Positions 28,443 through 40,949 of a stretch of 62,625 nucleotides of DNA are shown here, in pieces; the stretch's first letter is position 1, and each line of letters begins with the position of its first letter. The notes below the pieces were generated by a model. It was not told the origin of the DNA, made no database searches, and worked only from the letters and a program-made list of their open reading frames with translations. The DNA comes from Ruditapes philippinarum. Its lineage: Eukaryota. Position numbers and translations under genes: made by a program. The stretch covers positions 1 through 62,625 of the forward strand of contig NW_026851853.1 in assembly GCF_026571515.1 (NCBI RefSeq), read 5' to 3'.

Positions 28443-31400
28443 ATGGCAACAAAGTAAGTTATTTTTTTATTTGTAATGAGAATATATCATGTAAGGCAAT
28501 TTATGTTTCGTTTCTAATATGTAGTATACTTTGCCCACAACAAGATTTTAGTGCTTTATTTTATAATTTTAGACAGCCTTAACACAGGCTACATGATGTA
28601 TCAAATCTTAAACATTCTTAGTCATAGATGCGTTATCCATTTCATGTTGAAAACTATAGGTGTATCGTTAACTAGATAAAAATGAATAACTTAAAATAAA
28701 CACACCCAAAACGGCAATTATTGAAAATGTTTTAGACTCGGTTTGATGGAGCCGTGCCAGTACATGGACGGCATAATATTGGGTACAAGCCATCTGTAAT
28801 ATGATTTGATTTGATTTGATTTGATTTGACGTGTTATATTTTATTAGATTAGATGTGCTTAACCTTGACATATCTTGATATTTTAGCCATGCATTAGTTT
28901 TGGTACAATACTTTTGTTGTTATTGGGTTTTAAGTTGCACCAACGCTGAAAAGGTGATATGGCGACCACACAGCTTTACTTGTGGTGCCCCACCGTGCAT
29001 TCTTTTAAGCAATATCGGGGACAGCTAGCTGGATAGCCATGCCTTGACAGAAACTGGCCTGGGTATAGACATAATATTATATTTGAGTTACGCATTGACC
29101 TAGGCATTCCAGTTTTTATTTCGGATATGAAAGAATGACTACTAGCCATATCTGACAGTACCAAAATGTTTCGAAAATTAACTCTGAATTGTAGGATTAA
29201 GATTAGAAATTGTATCTGATATTTCAATCTATCTGTCTGTGCTATAGAAATATTGTAGAAAGAATTTGAAGGAATTTCATATAATGTTGATCAAGGTAGT
29301 ATGACACAATGAATTTGGAAAAAGGGTGATCAATCGGAAGCATTATCACAACACAATAACATGAAAATTGCAGACTCGGTTTCATTGAGTTCGTACATGA
29401 GGTGTAATGAATTTTTTTCAACACTTAATGGTAATGGAATCAATGACCCGAAGGACCCCGAAGGACCAGAAAAATATAACAACAATTAAAGTTTACTTTA
29501 AGAGTAAAAGTCTATTATATCTAATGCTCTGAATGTTATGAACCAGAACTTGCAAACTTTGAAGGTTCCACGTTAACTGCCATATGAAAACATCTGCGGA
29601 TGTTTCATAATTCACGATTGTACCAGTTCATGTTAAACGTTGAATTCTTCTTAATAAGGCCGGTGCTAGGGGGCGTTAGCCATAGATTGCAATTACCACT
29701 ACCGCCCATGAACAGGCTCACGAATCGAAGCTTCAACAATTTCATTTTTACCGTGTTATACTTTCTGTAGGGATTCTGTTTTTGTTCTCTCTTTTTTGCA
29801 GACACCACTCTGCCAAACACTAATTGCAATAAATAAGTAGATTTTTCAGATATATTTTACGTCAAAATGTTTCTATACAATGTTAGAAAATTTAGGTATT
29901 GGATTATACCGATATACATAATCTTATTTCACACTATCCAATTTCTCACATAATTATCTTCCTATACTCCCCTGGTCCCCTCTTCTTAACATATATGAGG
30001 AAGAAAATAAAAAACAACACCATATCATTTAAAATGAAGTGTAGAGGAAATATGGCGTACAATTACATGTATATGTTAACATTTAATTAAAAGAATAATT
30101 GTAACTTGTTTATATCACTTTCATAATCTTCCTTCAATACAAGAATACTTATACATGTAATTATAACAGCACAGATTCTCATTTTATTAAAAGGAGGAAA
30201 ATATGGCAAATCGAGAAAATATCCTGGTATCAAAGTCTGTCACTGAATATTGTCCCAATATGCTATAGTTACCGGTATATGAGCCGTGTCATGACAAAAC
30301 CAACATAGTGCGTTTGCGACCAGCATAGATCCAGACCAGCCTGCACATCCGCGCATTCTGATCAGGATCCATGCTGTTCGCTTACAAACCCTATTACAAG
30401 TAGAGAAACTGATAGCGAACAGCATGGATCCTGATCAGACTGCGCGGATGCGCAGGCTGGTCTGGATCCATGCTGGTCGCAAACCCACTATGTTGGTTTT
30501 GTCGTGACGCGGCTCATATATTAAAACCAGCGATGAATATAATTATGTTTGAAAAGAATTTAATTTTGTCCATAATATAACTGAGGCATATCATGGCATT
30601 TATTGTTATGCTTGAAAATAAAACATATCTTGACCAACAAAAAAAACACATCATCATTGTATTGTACAATATACCGTTGTTAATTATAATTTCTAATATA
30701 CCAGAAAAAAGACATTTTTATAGATAACCGCATATAACTTATTTGAAGACAAATAGTGAAAAACAGAATTAAAAAAAAATTTGAACGCCCAAAACGACAA
30801 AAACGAAATGTGTAATTCTCGTTGGAACATTGATACTGTCATTCAGGACCTTTTAAATGAACAATCATTTTGTTTCCTGTTTTTTAATCTTGTATATGAG
30901 GACAAGTTTATATTAAGACAAAAAGACCATGTTCCATCCAATAAATAGATAAATTTCAAATCTATATTACAGCAAAGATGGAGAACATATATCGCAGAGC
31001 TTATCAGAGGTGTTAAATGACATAGGAGTGAATGAAGGAGAGGTGTTGAAAAAAAGACGAACACAACAACTATGCGAGTCGATGGAAACTATTTCATGGA
31101 AGGTAACTGGTAGAAATTCAACTTTTTATCATCTTGGCAGTCAGAGTGAAGGAACAACTACTGTAGGACTTCAGTCAGACATAGATACTCTAGGCTGCAA
31201 TCACGATGTCAATGTAATGCAAGACTGGTCGGAGTGGGAACCTGGCAAGGTAAACTACCTTATGATACAGGATGAGAACACTACACCCGGATATTGTTTC
31301 CTACAAAAACCTATTTCTGAAGAAACCCATTCTATGACAAGCACTCATATGCCTGATTTAAAACTAAGTACTGACAGGAAAGGAAGAATATTGCTCAAGA

Positions 31401-33072
31401 ACACAAACATTAATGTTCCAGATTTCGAAAACCACGGGCCAGCCTTTGTTAGACAAGGACATCATGCATCGAAGGACAAAGACATGGTGTTAGCTCTACC
31501 CTGTAAATCCTGGCCTCAGTCTGCATCAAGTTGGATAGAGAGACAAGATATAGGAGGGAAGTGGCCAACAAAAGAGATGAGAAGATATGCAGCCAGTACA
31601 GAGTGTTTTGTTGTTGCAACTGGAAGTAAGATCAGTTTATACCCTGAGTTGGAATGGAGAATATCTACATGTCTGGCGGAAAGGTGTCTGATGTTTGATT
31701 TAAACATAACACAAATAAGGTGCTACGTGTTGATGAAGATGATTTTTAAATACTTTAAAAATACTAAGGGGGAAGTAAATATATCAAGTTATATGTGTAA
31801 AGCAGTTCTATTCCATTGTATAAAAGACACAGAACCATGCATATGGAAAGAAGGCAACTTGTTTACATGCTTAACATACTGCTTACAGGAATTAAATAGC
31901 TGTGTACAGAATGATCATTGTTCACATTTCATAATATCTGAAAACAATTTGATGGCAGGACAATTTACATCTGAAACAAAACACGAACTTTCAAAACTCA
32001 TAAGTGATATCATAGAAAGTGATGGACACTGGTTATGTAGAATTGATATTGATGACCTCGGACGTAGACTACAAGTAAAACTGAACTTAGCACCGAAAAA
32101 AGCATACCGTTTTCAGTCCTCTCTTGAAAGGCGGGCACTTGCTTCGGCCTCAAATTACTTCAATTTGGCATACCAAATAGGTATAAATCACATTCATATT
32201 TTATTAGGAAATCCAAATACAGATATTAGAGTATTAAAGCAATCTGTAGAAAAACTTGATACCATTCGTGGAAATGTCGACAACAGACTAGAACATGCGG
32301 CATCAAACTTTCTTGCACATTTTCTCTTTGCCACTTATGGATCAGCATTGGCATCATCCAGCATTAGTGAGAACAATCAAGTATCAACTGACGCATTGGA
32401 TTGGCTTACAGCTGGGTTGAACTCAGACATGTCATCTAGCAGACTTAAACTGGCTTCAGTGCTGTACAGAACAGGAGATATGGAGAAAGCTGAACAACTT
32501 CTGAGACATGTTGAAAAACAGTTTTACTCTAATCCTGCGGTACCTATTTGCATTTGCTGCGAAAGGCATCAACGTATACAACCTTTAGATTTGTTAAGGG
32601 TATGCGCAGAACAAGCGATGAATGTGTCACTCGTATAACAGCTTTTTGTGTCAGATTCCTAGTGCAGGAGAGCAACTGTGTTCCTCATGAACTACAGTAT
32701 GAAATGTTCAGATCTACACAAGATGACATGACTAACAGAAACCATGATAAAGACTATTGGATGGACTGGGCTGCAGTGGATTCTCTACCCTACCTTTACT
32801 TTCTACAATACAAGATTTACAATCGTCTACGTAGACAAGAGGAACAACAGCAAGCACTGAACAATCTTTGTAAAACTATTGAGAAAGATGAAAATCTTGG
32901 ACACAAAGAGACTGCTCTAAATCTACTTGGACAATGTCAGGAACAGGAAGAGAAGTGGGCGGACGCATTGAAATGTTACATAAATTCTCTGCAAGTCAGA
33001 GCTAAAAACAACGCAGCAAGTGTCCATATTTGCAAGCTTCTCTCGCGTTTACTAAACCAGAAAACTGTTTGA
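28443..33072 (+). CDS. Mab-21/cGAS-like receptor (cGLR) nucleotidyltransferase with C-terminal helical/TPR-like region; exon 1 28443-28453, exon 2 30973-33072 with a -1 frameshift near 32614 (possible pseudogene or assembly indel)
   Basis: ATG GCA ACA AA|gtaagt at 28443 splices in phase 2 to tattacag|C AAA GAT, giving MATNKDGEHISQSLSEVLNDIGVNE. NTase signature FYHLGSQSEGTTTVGLQSDID with a third Asp in DKDMVLAL. Mab-21 motifs EWRISTCLAER, ISSYMCKAVLF and CSHFIISENNLM. The second ORF (to 33072) has TPR-like ETALNLLGQCQEQEEKWADALKCYINSLQV. The product is 558 aa as read and 703 aa if one base is restored. Exon 1 is less certain than exon 2. Confidence 0.85.
30281..30515. mobile_element. Palindromic MITE copy 3 (235 bp), cGLR intron
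   Basis: ATAT|gagccg...cggctc|ATAT, with about 100-bp inverted arms. Confidence 0.9.
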
Positions 33073-34710
33073 AGGTTGACTGTAAATGAAAGAAAATACA
33101 GTGAATGTAGCCCGCCGTTAAGTTTCCTTTATACTTTCGTTTTTTTACTATTTTGGCTTTAGTATATACAGAATAAAACAGAATATACATCGGCAATAAA
33201 TATGATGTAAAACTTAGAGTAAGTGGTGTCATGTATTTCCTAAACTGCTTGCTGCAGTTTTCTTGAAAACTGTGCCAATACGAGTTACAGAAAAAAAAGA
33301 ATATAACTGAAAGAAAGAAAGAACATATATATATATATGTATACATGTATTTTTGTATTTAAGGCTTCAAAGATATATATATAAATATATATATCTTTGA
33401 AGTCTTAAATACATAAAAAGTTTATGTACAATAAACCGCTTTGTATAATCTGATAATTTTGTTAAATCATGCGATTTTGTACTGTTTTGATGTATATTAT
33501 TTATGCTTTACTGTCATGTTTCGAATTCTTCAAAGCTTGAGCCAATTCACTTTAAATTCATTGAAATAAAATTATTGTCTGCACAAATTTTCATAAAATG
33601 TAGTTATCCACTTTACTGACAGTTATGTATGTGCGGAAGTAAAAATATACACTAGCTTATTCTTCAATTAGTAACATATTGTTGTGTACATCTCTTGAAT
33701 ATGAAAAGAGGCACGGACAAGGAAGATCGAGATGTATTGAAAAAATAGTTCCTCTACAAAGCCTAGCCACATAAATCCAACGCAAAAGAAGCTGGCAATG
33801 TGCCGAACAGAAACCGAACAGGAAACGGGGATAACATAAGGATGGCACAGGGAAGAGAAATGAAAATAAGTTAAACTAATGAACACATTACGACCAAAAT
33901 GTAAATGTATTATATATAAATATATATTTGTATAGCTTAAGAAAAAAACTTGACTTTTTATAATATTTATATTAAAAGATCAGTACATTTTAATTGCTTG
34001 CTGTACATAGAATGAATAAAAATGGGAACATATAATTGTGTTATTTGGATCGATGAACATGCTTCACCTCTAAGTTGTAACCAATCAAATTAAAGTCACT
34101 TGACTGATTATGCTAATTTGTTTGGCGGGACTAAAGGCCCCTGTAGAAGAAGGTATCAATCAGCCGTAAGCTCATTTTAGACTGTCTGTCAGACTATTGC
34201 TGCTAAATTACATGTACCAGAGAACCTTTTGATATTTTGATATATAATTGAGAAGATATGAATGCCATTATTAACAAATAAACAGCAGATGTGTTAAATC
34301 ATCTTCAATAGAGACAATACGCCATATACATGTATAATGTTTTGTAAAGTTTCGATTTTGATTTTAATAATCGTAATCAAAATACAAAGATACATGTACT
34401 TCAATAAAGAATTGGGCAACATTTAGTGAGTACGAGCTCTGTAATGTTCCGGGTATGATTCATCAAAATGTAACAATACATGTACATTTGTACTTAGATA
34501 AAGATATGGGCTAAACATTTAGTGAGTATAAAATCTTTAAATGGTTTCGCTTATAATATAACAGGGCTTCTTTTTCTCGTGTTTATCATGCCTGTGCCGA
34601 AGGTTTTAAAAGATTTTGAAGAACAAACTCTTTTGTCAGGTATAACATTTTACCAGAAACCGGCGCAAAATATGCACTGACCAATGAACATTTGAAAATC
34701 AGGAAAAAAT

Positions 34711-34945
34711 GAGCCGCGTCACGACAAAACCAACATAGTGCGTTTGCGACCAGCATGGATCCAGACCAGCCTGCGCATCCGCGCAGTCTGATAAGGATCT
34801 ATGCTGTTCGCTTACCAACTCTATAACAAATAGAGAAACTGATAGCGAACAGTATGGATTCTGTTCAGACTGCGCGGATGCGCAGACAGGTCTGGATCCA
34901 TGCTGGTCGCAAACGCACTATGTTGGTTTTGTCGTGACGCGGCTC
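34711..34945. mobile_element. Palindromic MITE copy 4 (235 bp)
   Basis: AAAT|gagccgcg...cgcggctc|AAAT. Confidence 0.9.
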
Positions 34946-35983
34946 AAATGTTGTTTTTATAACATCTAGGCAAGCCATGAACTACATGCACATAAACGTT
35001 ATGTGTGACTAAAACATCTATTGTTTGTATCAATATTAAAGTATTTGAACTCTTGCAAATCTCTTTTCTAAGTCATCAGATGAATGTAGACTAGTCTGAT
35101 TACAAGTGATTCCAATACAAGCATGTCTCCTCAGGTGCTTTTTATAACATGACATCCGATCTATATAATGATCTGATCAGGCGGTGAATATTACTGTTAA
35201 GTCTTAAATATTAAAACAAAAACAATTTTAATTGTGACCAATGGCTGCAATGCAAATGGCAAGATTTAAAAAAGTTGGAAGTATAGGTGTTACAATTATA
35301 TTAATTAATGAATGCACACTTAAAAAATGTCACATAAGTATATAAGTGGTTTTCATAATTTTATTTCATAGAGCAACTTTGCATTTTTGTACATAAATTC
35401 ATTTATGATAAAATTTAAAATTAAAACTGTTACAAATACAAATAAATATCATTCCCTAAGATTAAAAAATGCAAGAGTTGTCGAAGAATTGTACACATTG
35501 GGAACTTTTAGAACTTGAAAGTAAAACAAGAGCAGTTGAAGCACTTTTTAAAGTTGAAAAATGTGAGTTATGGTTCTTGGTCAGTAACACTTGAAGACAG
35601 CCGACTCGAATTTAAGGAATACATATAAGATTGTTATCATATCGCTGTCCTATTTGTACTTGAAATTCATTTAAAAACATCTTAGGAAATATGATCGCTC
35701 AAATAAATAAATAAATAAAAATTACAAGAATAATTTATATTGTAATAAAAAACAAATGACTAAGTTTGAATACTTTAATAAAATATGTACAGTTTCATCA
35801 GAAGAACATGAATTGCAAAAAAACTTCAAAAAGCCAAGGAAGGAACTCTCTTCTTTTACATACAGAAAACTTCAATTTTTGCTTCAGACCGATTTTACAC
35901 GATAAACACTCTGTCCTTATTTGTTTGCGGGCATATATTCTTCAAATCCATTCAATTAATGTCACTCACGTGCGCTCAGTTTG

Positions 35984-38900
35984 TTATTTACTCGTCATTA
36001 CTCGTATGAATTCTGTAATAAAATACAAAAAACGTTCGTGAAATTGTGAAGTAGAAGATGAAGATCATTATAAAATCTATCATATTTTTCAGGTGTTATC
36101 TGACAGTTTAAAACATTTTTATTTTATCCGTAATAATATTTATTGCGCTTTTCAAGACAATAAATCAAAGGATTAAGTTTTAATACTAGAAATATCGAAA
36201 TTTCAGACGCATCCTTAATTTTATCAAAACAATATTGTTGTTATTATCTATGCATAATACCTTCATAATTCACATTTCCATCTCCAGTCACATCGGCCAT
36301 CTTGATCATGTATTCTATGTCCTCTTTACTTAGTCTCTCCCCAAGGTTCGTCATTGATTGTTTTAACTCGTTAGCGTTCAGTTTACCATTACCGTCTTTA
36401 TCAAACACTTTAAAAGCTTCCCTTAGCTGTTCTTCCGGTTCTGTCTCTTGTAGATGGAACGCTAACACTGTTAGAAACTCGGGGAAATCCAGGTAATCCC
36501 GGTCTTCTGATATAGAAAAAAACCCATTCTCATAAATTTTAGGCTTGCATTAGACAAGTACATTTGTAAATCCTTTAAAGGTGTGGAAAAACATAAATAA
36601 ATAAAAATTGGAAATAATAAAGAAATATAGAAGAAATAAAAGAAGAAACAGTAAATTTCAGATTTAAAGACTTATGTTGATATGATTAAACTTCTGATAA
36701 TGAGTAATAACAGAGATTTTTCGATTGCCCAATCATATCAATATAATTATACATGTAAACATTTATTTAAAAATAATCATAACTTTGACACCTCAATTAA
36801 TGAATTATCGTATAATTTCATGTGTGGAAGCTATCTCGATAGCGTGGTTCTGCTCAGGAGCCCGCTCGTGCCAGAGATTAAGACAAAGGAGGGACCATCA
36901 AATCATCATCCGCCAGTAAAACTGGAAAATCTCCAAAAGACCTTCACCATCCGCCAGTTAAACTGAAACATCTCAAAAAACCTTCATTATCCGTCATTAA
37001 AACTAAAATATCTTCAAATGACCTTCATCATCCATCAGTAAAAGTGAAACATCTCCAAATGACTGACCTTCATCATCTATCGGTAAAATTGACAAATACA
37101 CAAGTGACCTTCACCATCCGTCAGTAAAACTATAACATTTCAAAATGACCTTCATCATACGCCAGTAAAACTGAAAAATCTCCACCCTCAAGTAAAAAAG
37201 AAACATCTCCAATGACCTTAATCATCCTTCAGTAAAATTGAAAAATCTCCAAATGACTTTCATGATCCGCCAGTAAAACTGAAAAATCTCCGAATGATCT
37301 TCATCATCCGCCAGTAAAACTATAACATTTCCAAAATACCTTCATCATCCGTCATTAAAACTGAAAAATCTCCAAATCACTTTCATGATCCGCCAGTGAA
37401 GGTCACTTGTGTATATTTCAATTTTACTAGTAGATGATGAAGGTCATTTGGAGATTAAAACTGAAACATCTCCAAAAGACATTCAACATCCGCCAGTAAA
37501 ACTGAAAAACCTCCAAATGACCTTCATCATCCGCCAGTAAAACTGAAACACCTCCAAATGACCTTTATCTACCAGTAAACTGAAAAATCTCCAAATGACC
37601 TTTACAGTGCCGGTGTGACTTACAACTTAATAAAAATAATTATAACAATGGTTACAATAATCTATTACCTTGACGTTCGATCGCATTGACCAGCTTGTCC
37701 AGTTCTGCTAACGTTGGATTATGTCCTAGAGAAAGCATGGCATGAGATAAGTCCGTTATCTTTATTTGTCCATTACGATCTGTGTCGTATTGTCGGAACA
37801 CTTCAAACATATCTGAAACAATCATTATCCATTGACATTTAGTACATTTTTTTAAAAAATTAAAGTGCGCCTTAATATCATTATTTTTACGAACATCCTT
37901 AATATGTTTTGTCCAAATTTTTAATACTAATATATATTTGTGTAGTAAAAGTGAAATTCTGAACCTAAAAATTGGTATATTGCAGCTCAGCTAATTATAT
38001 ATAAAGTTGGATGCATGTCAACGAGCGTGAAAACGTCCAATGTAAACTGTTCTCAATACAAATACAAATATCTTTATTTCTCTCAGGTCAAGACATTGAC
38101 AACATGATGTAAATAAATATTAACAAAGTTTCGAGGCTCAATAGAATACATACAAAAAATATAAGCATATATAATACATGTAAAGGGAGAGTACCTTGGG
38201 TACTTTTAACATACAAAACATGTGCATGTAATAAATTTACACGTGTTATATGCATTTAATTTTCATTATATAAATTTTTCAACTATATCCCTAATAAACA
38301 TACATATTTTCTTATATTCAAAATTACTATGGTTGTTTATATTCATAAGTTTATCAAAGAATAAATGTTTCGTCTAATGTAATAATTGGGTCCTAAGTAT
38401 TTTTTTCTTTGATGATCAAAATATTTACATTCTAGAAGGTAGTGAAATTCATCTTCAACTGAGGCATTACATAATGTACATTTTCTCATATTAAGTTATA
38501 TCCCATGCCAAGATCCAGTTTCTACTGGTAATCTATGGTTTCTTGTTCTAAATTTAATCAGATATCTAAGTAAATTAGGATGTGTATTTGTGATAGACTT
38601 TTCAAATTCGAATTTGTGTTTAAATAACTTGTGATTTTTACACTTTCCAGAAGTTTCTAAGTTTGAATACCAGCTGTTAAGAAACAAGTCTATTAGCTTT
38701 TGTTTAACTGTTGCGGTCAACCACTTTTGATTTGGAAAAAGAAGTGTGTCCCAAATATTGTTCATGCCGCATTTGACGAGTATATCTCTAATACACGTTA
38801 TCCACATAAAATAATTGCTTTGCCATGTTTGCTGTGTATTTAAAAAATTACTACTATAAAGAGCAAAATAATACATTGTTTGCGTTAGTTTAAACGTCTT

Positions 38901-39640
38901 TGGGACAACTATATCAGCCCAAAAAGAAACTAATCTTGATTCTATATCTACTGAGAGCGGTGTCACACCTGTTTCACCATACACTATTGTATTTGAGGTC
39001 CTAAAATATATTTTAACAACTTAAGTTGAACTCTTTCTATCATGTCAATGATACCATAACCACAAATTTCACATCCATAGAGCAAAATTGGTTCAACAGT
39101 TTTATTGAACAAATCTATTTGGATGTCACTCTAGTAGAATCATTGCTTCTAATTGGAAATCCTTACAGGTCCGTATGTTTCTGATTATATACAGTTAATA
39201 CCTACAACATATGTAAATACCTACAAGATATATCTTCTTCGTTGAAATGGTCAACCTGAAAGATTTAATAAAAAATGAAATAAGGTAGGCATTTTACTAC
39301 AACTGATGACACACAGTCATAACGAGGTGGCAGTCTAGACCAAGATGGGCCGATTCTGTATAAGTAGTAGTTACGGTCACTTCAAATTGACAAACTACCG
39401 TGCTTTAAAGTAACATCGAACAAAACTATGAAAATAATACATTTATATTTATGGTGTCAAACAATAAGAGTTTTTTTATGAACTCATCAAAAAGATGAGA
39501 CACTGGATTTGCGACATTAACTTTATTTCACAATATTATTTATTTTACCGTAAAGTAAAAAATGAATTAAATATATGAGAAAAAAACAGTGTAAAGAATA
39601 ACGAGAATGTTCACTGTATTTCTATTCTTAAATGGCGCGA

Positions 39641-39691
<51 letters not shown>

Positions 39692-39784
39692 TAATCAACA
39701 AATAAACAAACAAGTGATGTCTTAATACATCGATATGTTAGAGTATATTGCAATGAAAATATCTCCTTAAATACAACTTACCAT
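35984..39784 (-). CDS. Calmodulin-like EF-hand protein B, 150 aa; exons 39784-39782, 39255-39225, 37812-37669, 36506-36261, 36012-35984
   Basis: ATG-only first coding exon, then 31-nt and 144-nt exons (the classic animal calmodulin layout), totalling 453 nt in frame. Protein [33 protein letters not shown]...[10 protein letters not shown]...[11 protein letters not shown]...[24 protein letters not shown]...MTNLGERL...[21 protein letters not shown]. The exon 2 donor (T|gtaggt) is weak but required by phase. Confidence 0.88.
36820..37630 (+). repeat. SINE copy whose internal ~39-bp segment is amplified to a minisatellite (about 17 units) with one inverted block
   Basis: SINE body gtggttctgctcaggagcccgctcgtgcc, then units of gaccttcatcatccgccagtaaaactgaaaaatctccaaat, then the SINE end tgccggtgtgact. 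Confidence 0.85.
38055..39135 (-). mobile_element. Degenerate LINE 3' fragment (post-RT region, CCHC knuckle, simple-repeat tail) in intron 2 of calmodulin-like B
   Basis: [25 protein letters not shown] and [16 protein letters not shown], then after a stop [19 protein letters not shown]. The minus-strand end has aataaa followed by (tttgta)n. Confidence 0.8.
39633..39735. repeat. (AATC)n microsatellite with unique flanks, duplicated at 40481-40582
   Basis: ggcgcgaa(atca)n...aacaaataaacaaacaagtgatgtc..aat.catcgat occurs at both sites. Confidence 0.85.
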
Positions 39785-40134
39785 TTTAATTTTTGAAATC
39801 AAGCCTTTTTCTTATATCTATCCCAGAAAGCACTTTAACATATGTTGCACGTTAAAATAAACGTTCAAATTTAACACCAAGCTTGACCCGGTGTAATCGA
39901 TATCAATTAAATATAAGAAGAACAGATCAATATCTTGGCAATAAGCAATTAAATGATGAGATTGATATGGTAGATAGTCTTTATATTCACAAATCTATCA
40001 AAATTGTTATCTTTGTTTAGATCCGAGAGATATTGATTAAATAAGAATAAACAAAGACGTACATTGTATATTGTCCATTTATTTCTATAATATTAACAAC
40101 TATTTGAACGGATTCATAAAATGCAAATATAAAT

Positions 40135-40302
40135 ATGCCGCGTCATGACAAAACCAACATAGTGGGTTTGCGACCAGCATGGATCCAGACCAGCCTGCGC
40201 ATCCGCGCAGTCTGATCAGGATCCATGCTGTTCGCTTACAAACTCTATAACAAGTAGAGAAACTGATAGCGAACAGCATGTGTCCTGATCAGACTGCGCG
40301 GA
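40135..40302. mobile_element. Palindromic MITE copy 5 (right arm truncated)
   Basis: The left arm and spacer match the family; similarity stops after cagactgcgcggat. Confidence 0.8.
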
Positions 40303-40487
40303 TTCTTAACCTTTAGTCTGCTTGCAGAAACAGATACTACCAATTTGACAAGTGCAGACCATGATCATATAATGGTCGACATTGTTCCCTTATCAGTTTA
40401 TTTTTGAAAATGTCCCCCAAAATCATGAATGGTTTTGTCCAGATTGAAAAATGGACAAGTGCATTTTTGATATTTGGTGTGGCGCGA

Positions 40488-40538
<51 letters not shown>

Positions 40539-40601
40539 TTATCAACAAATAAACAAACAAGTGATGTCCCAATGCATCGATGTGATCTAAGGTTTAATTA
40601 G

Positions 40602-40949
40602 AGGGATTCCACTGAGGTTGTTTTGACATCACGGGAATGGAATTTGTTTTTTTAGAGATTTATGTACCAAATAAGGTCTGAGCTAATAACTTGTATGCAA
40701 AATCTCAAATCATTCGCCTGCTTTATTTCCACGAAATACTTATTTCAAAAATGTAAAGAATGACTAAAAACGTTCCCGATTCGAATCGGGCTAATAGTCG
40801 CACTAAACATGATTTTCAACTTTATTGTTAGTATATTTCTTTATATTACTATCTTTTGCATATACAATGTAATTTTGTTTTACGTGCTCCAGTTCATATA
40901 TGTATGAAATTCATATGTTATTGTTTTTAGACCTCAGTGGAGTGGAACA
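40602..40949. mobile_element. Diverged copy of the 26265-26618 element
   Basis: agggattccactgagg...cctcagtggagt, with shared internal segments (aataact..tgta...aaaat.tca.a.cattcgc). Confidence 0.6.

Noticed and set aside
30978-31016. ATG at 30978 as the cGLR start, implying a second frameshift
   Set aside because: It is out of frame and stops at 31016. Splicing from the 28443-28453 exon gives an uninterrupted frame instead.
36890-37600. Regular 39-bp repeats as a CRISPR array
   Set aside because: Head-to-tail degenerate units without unique spacers, eukaryotic context and no cas genes.
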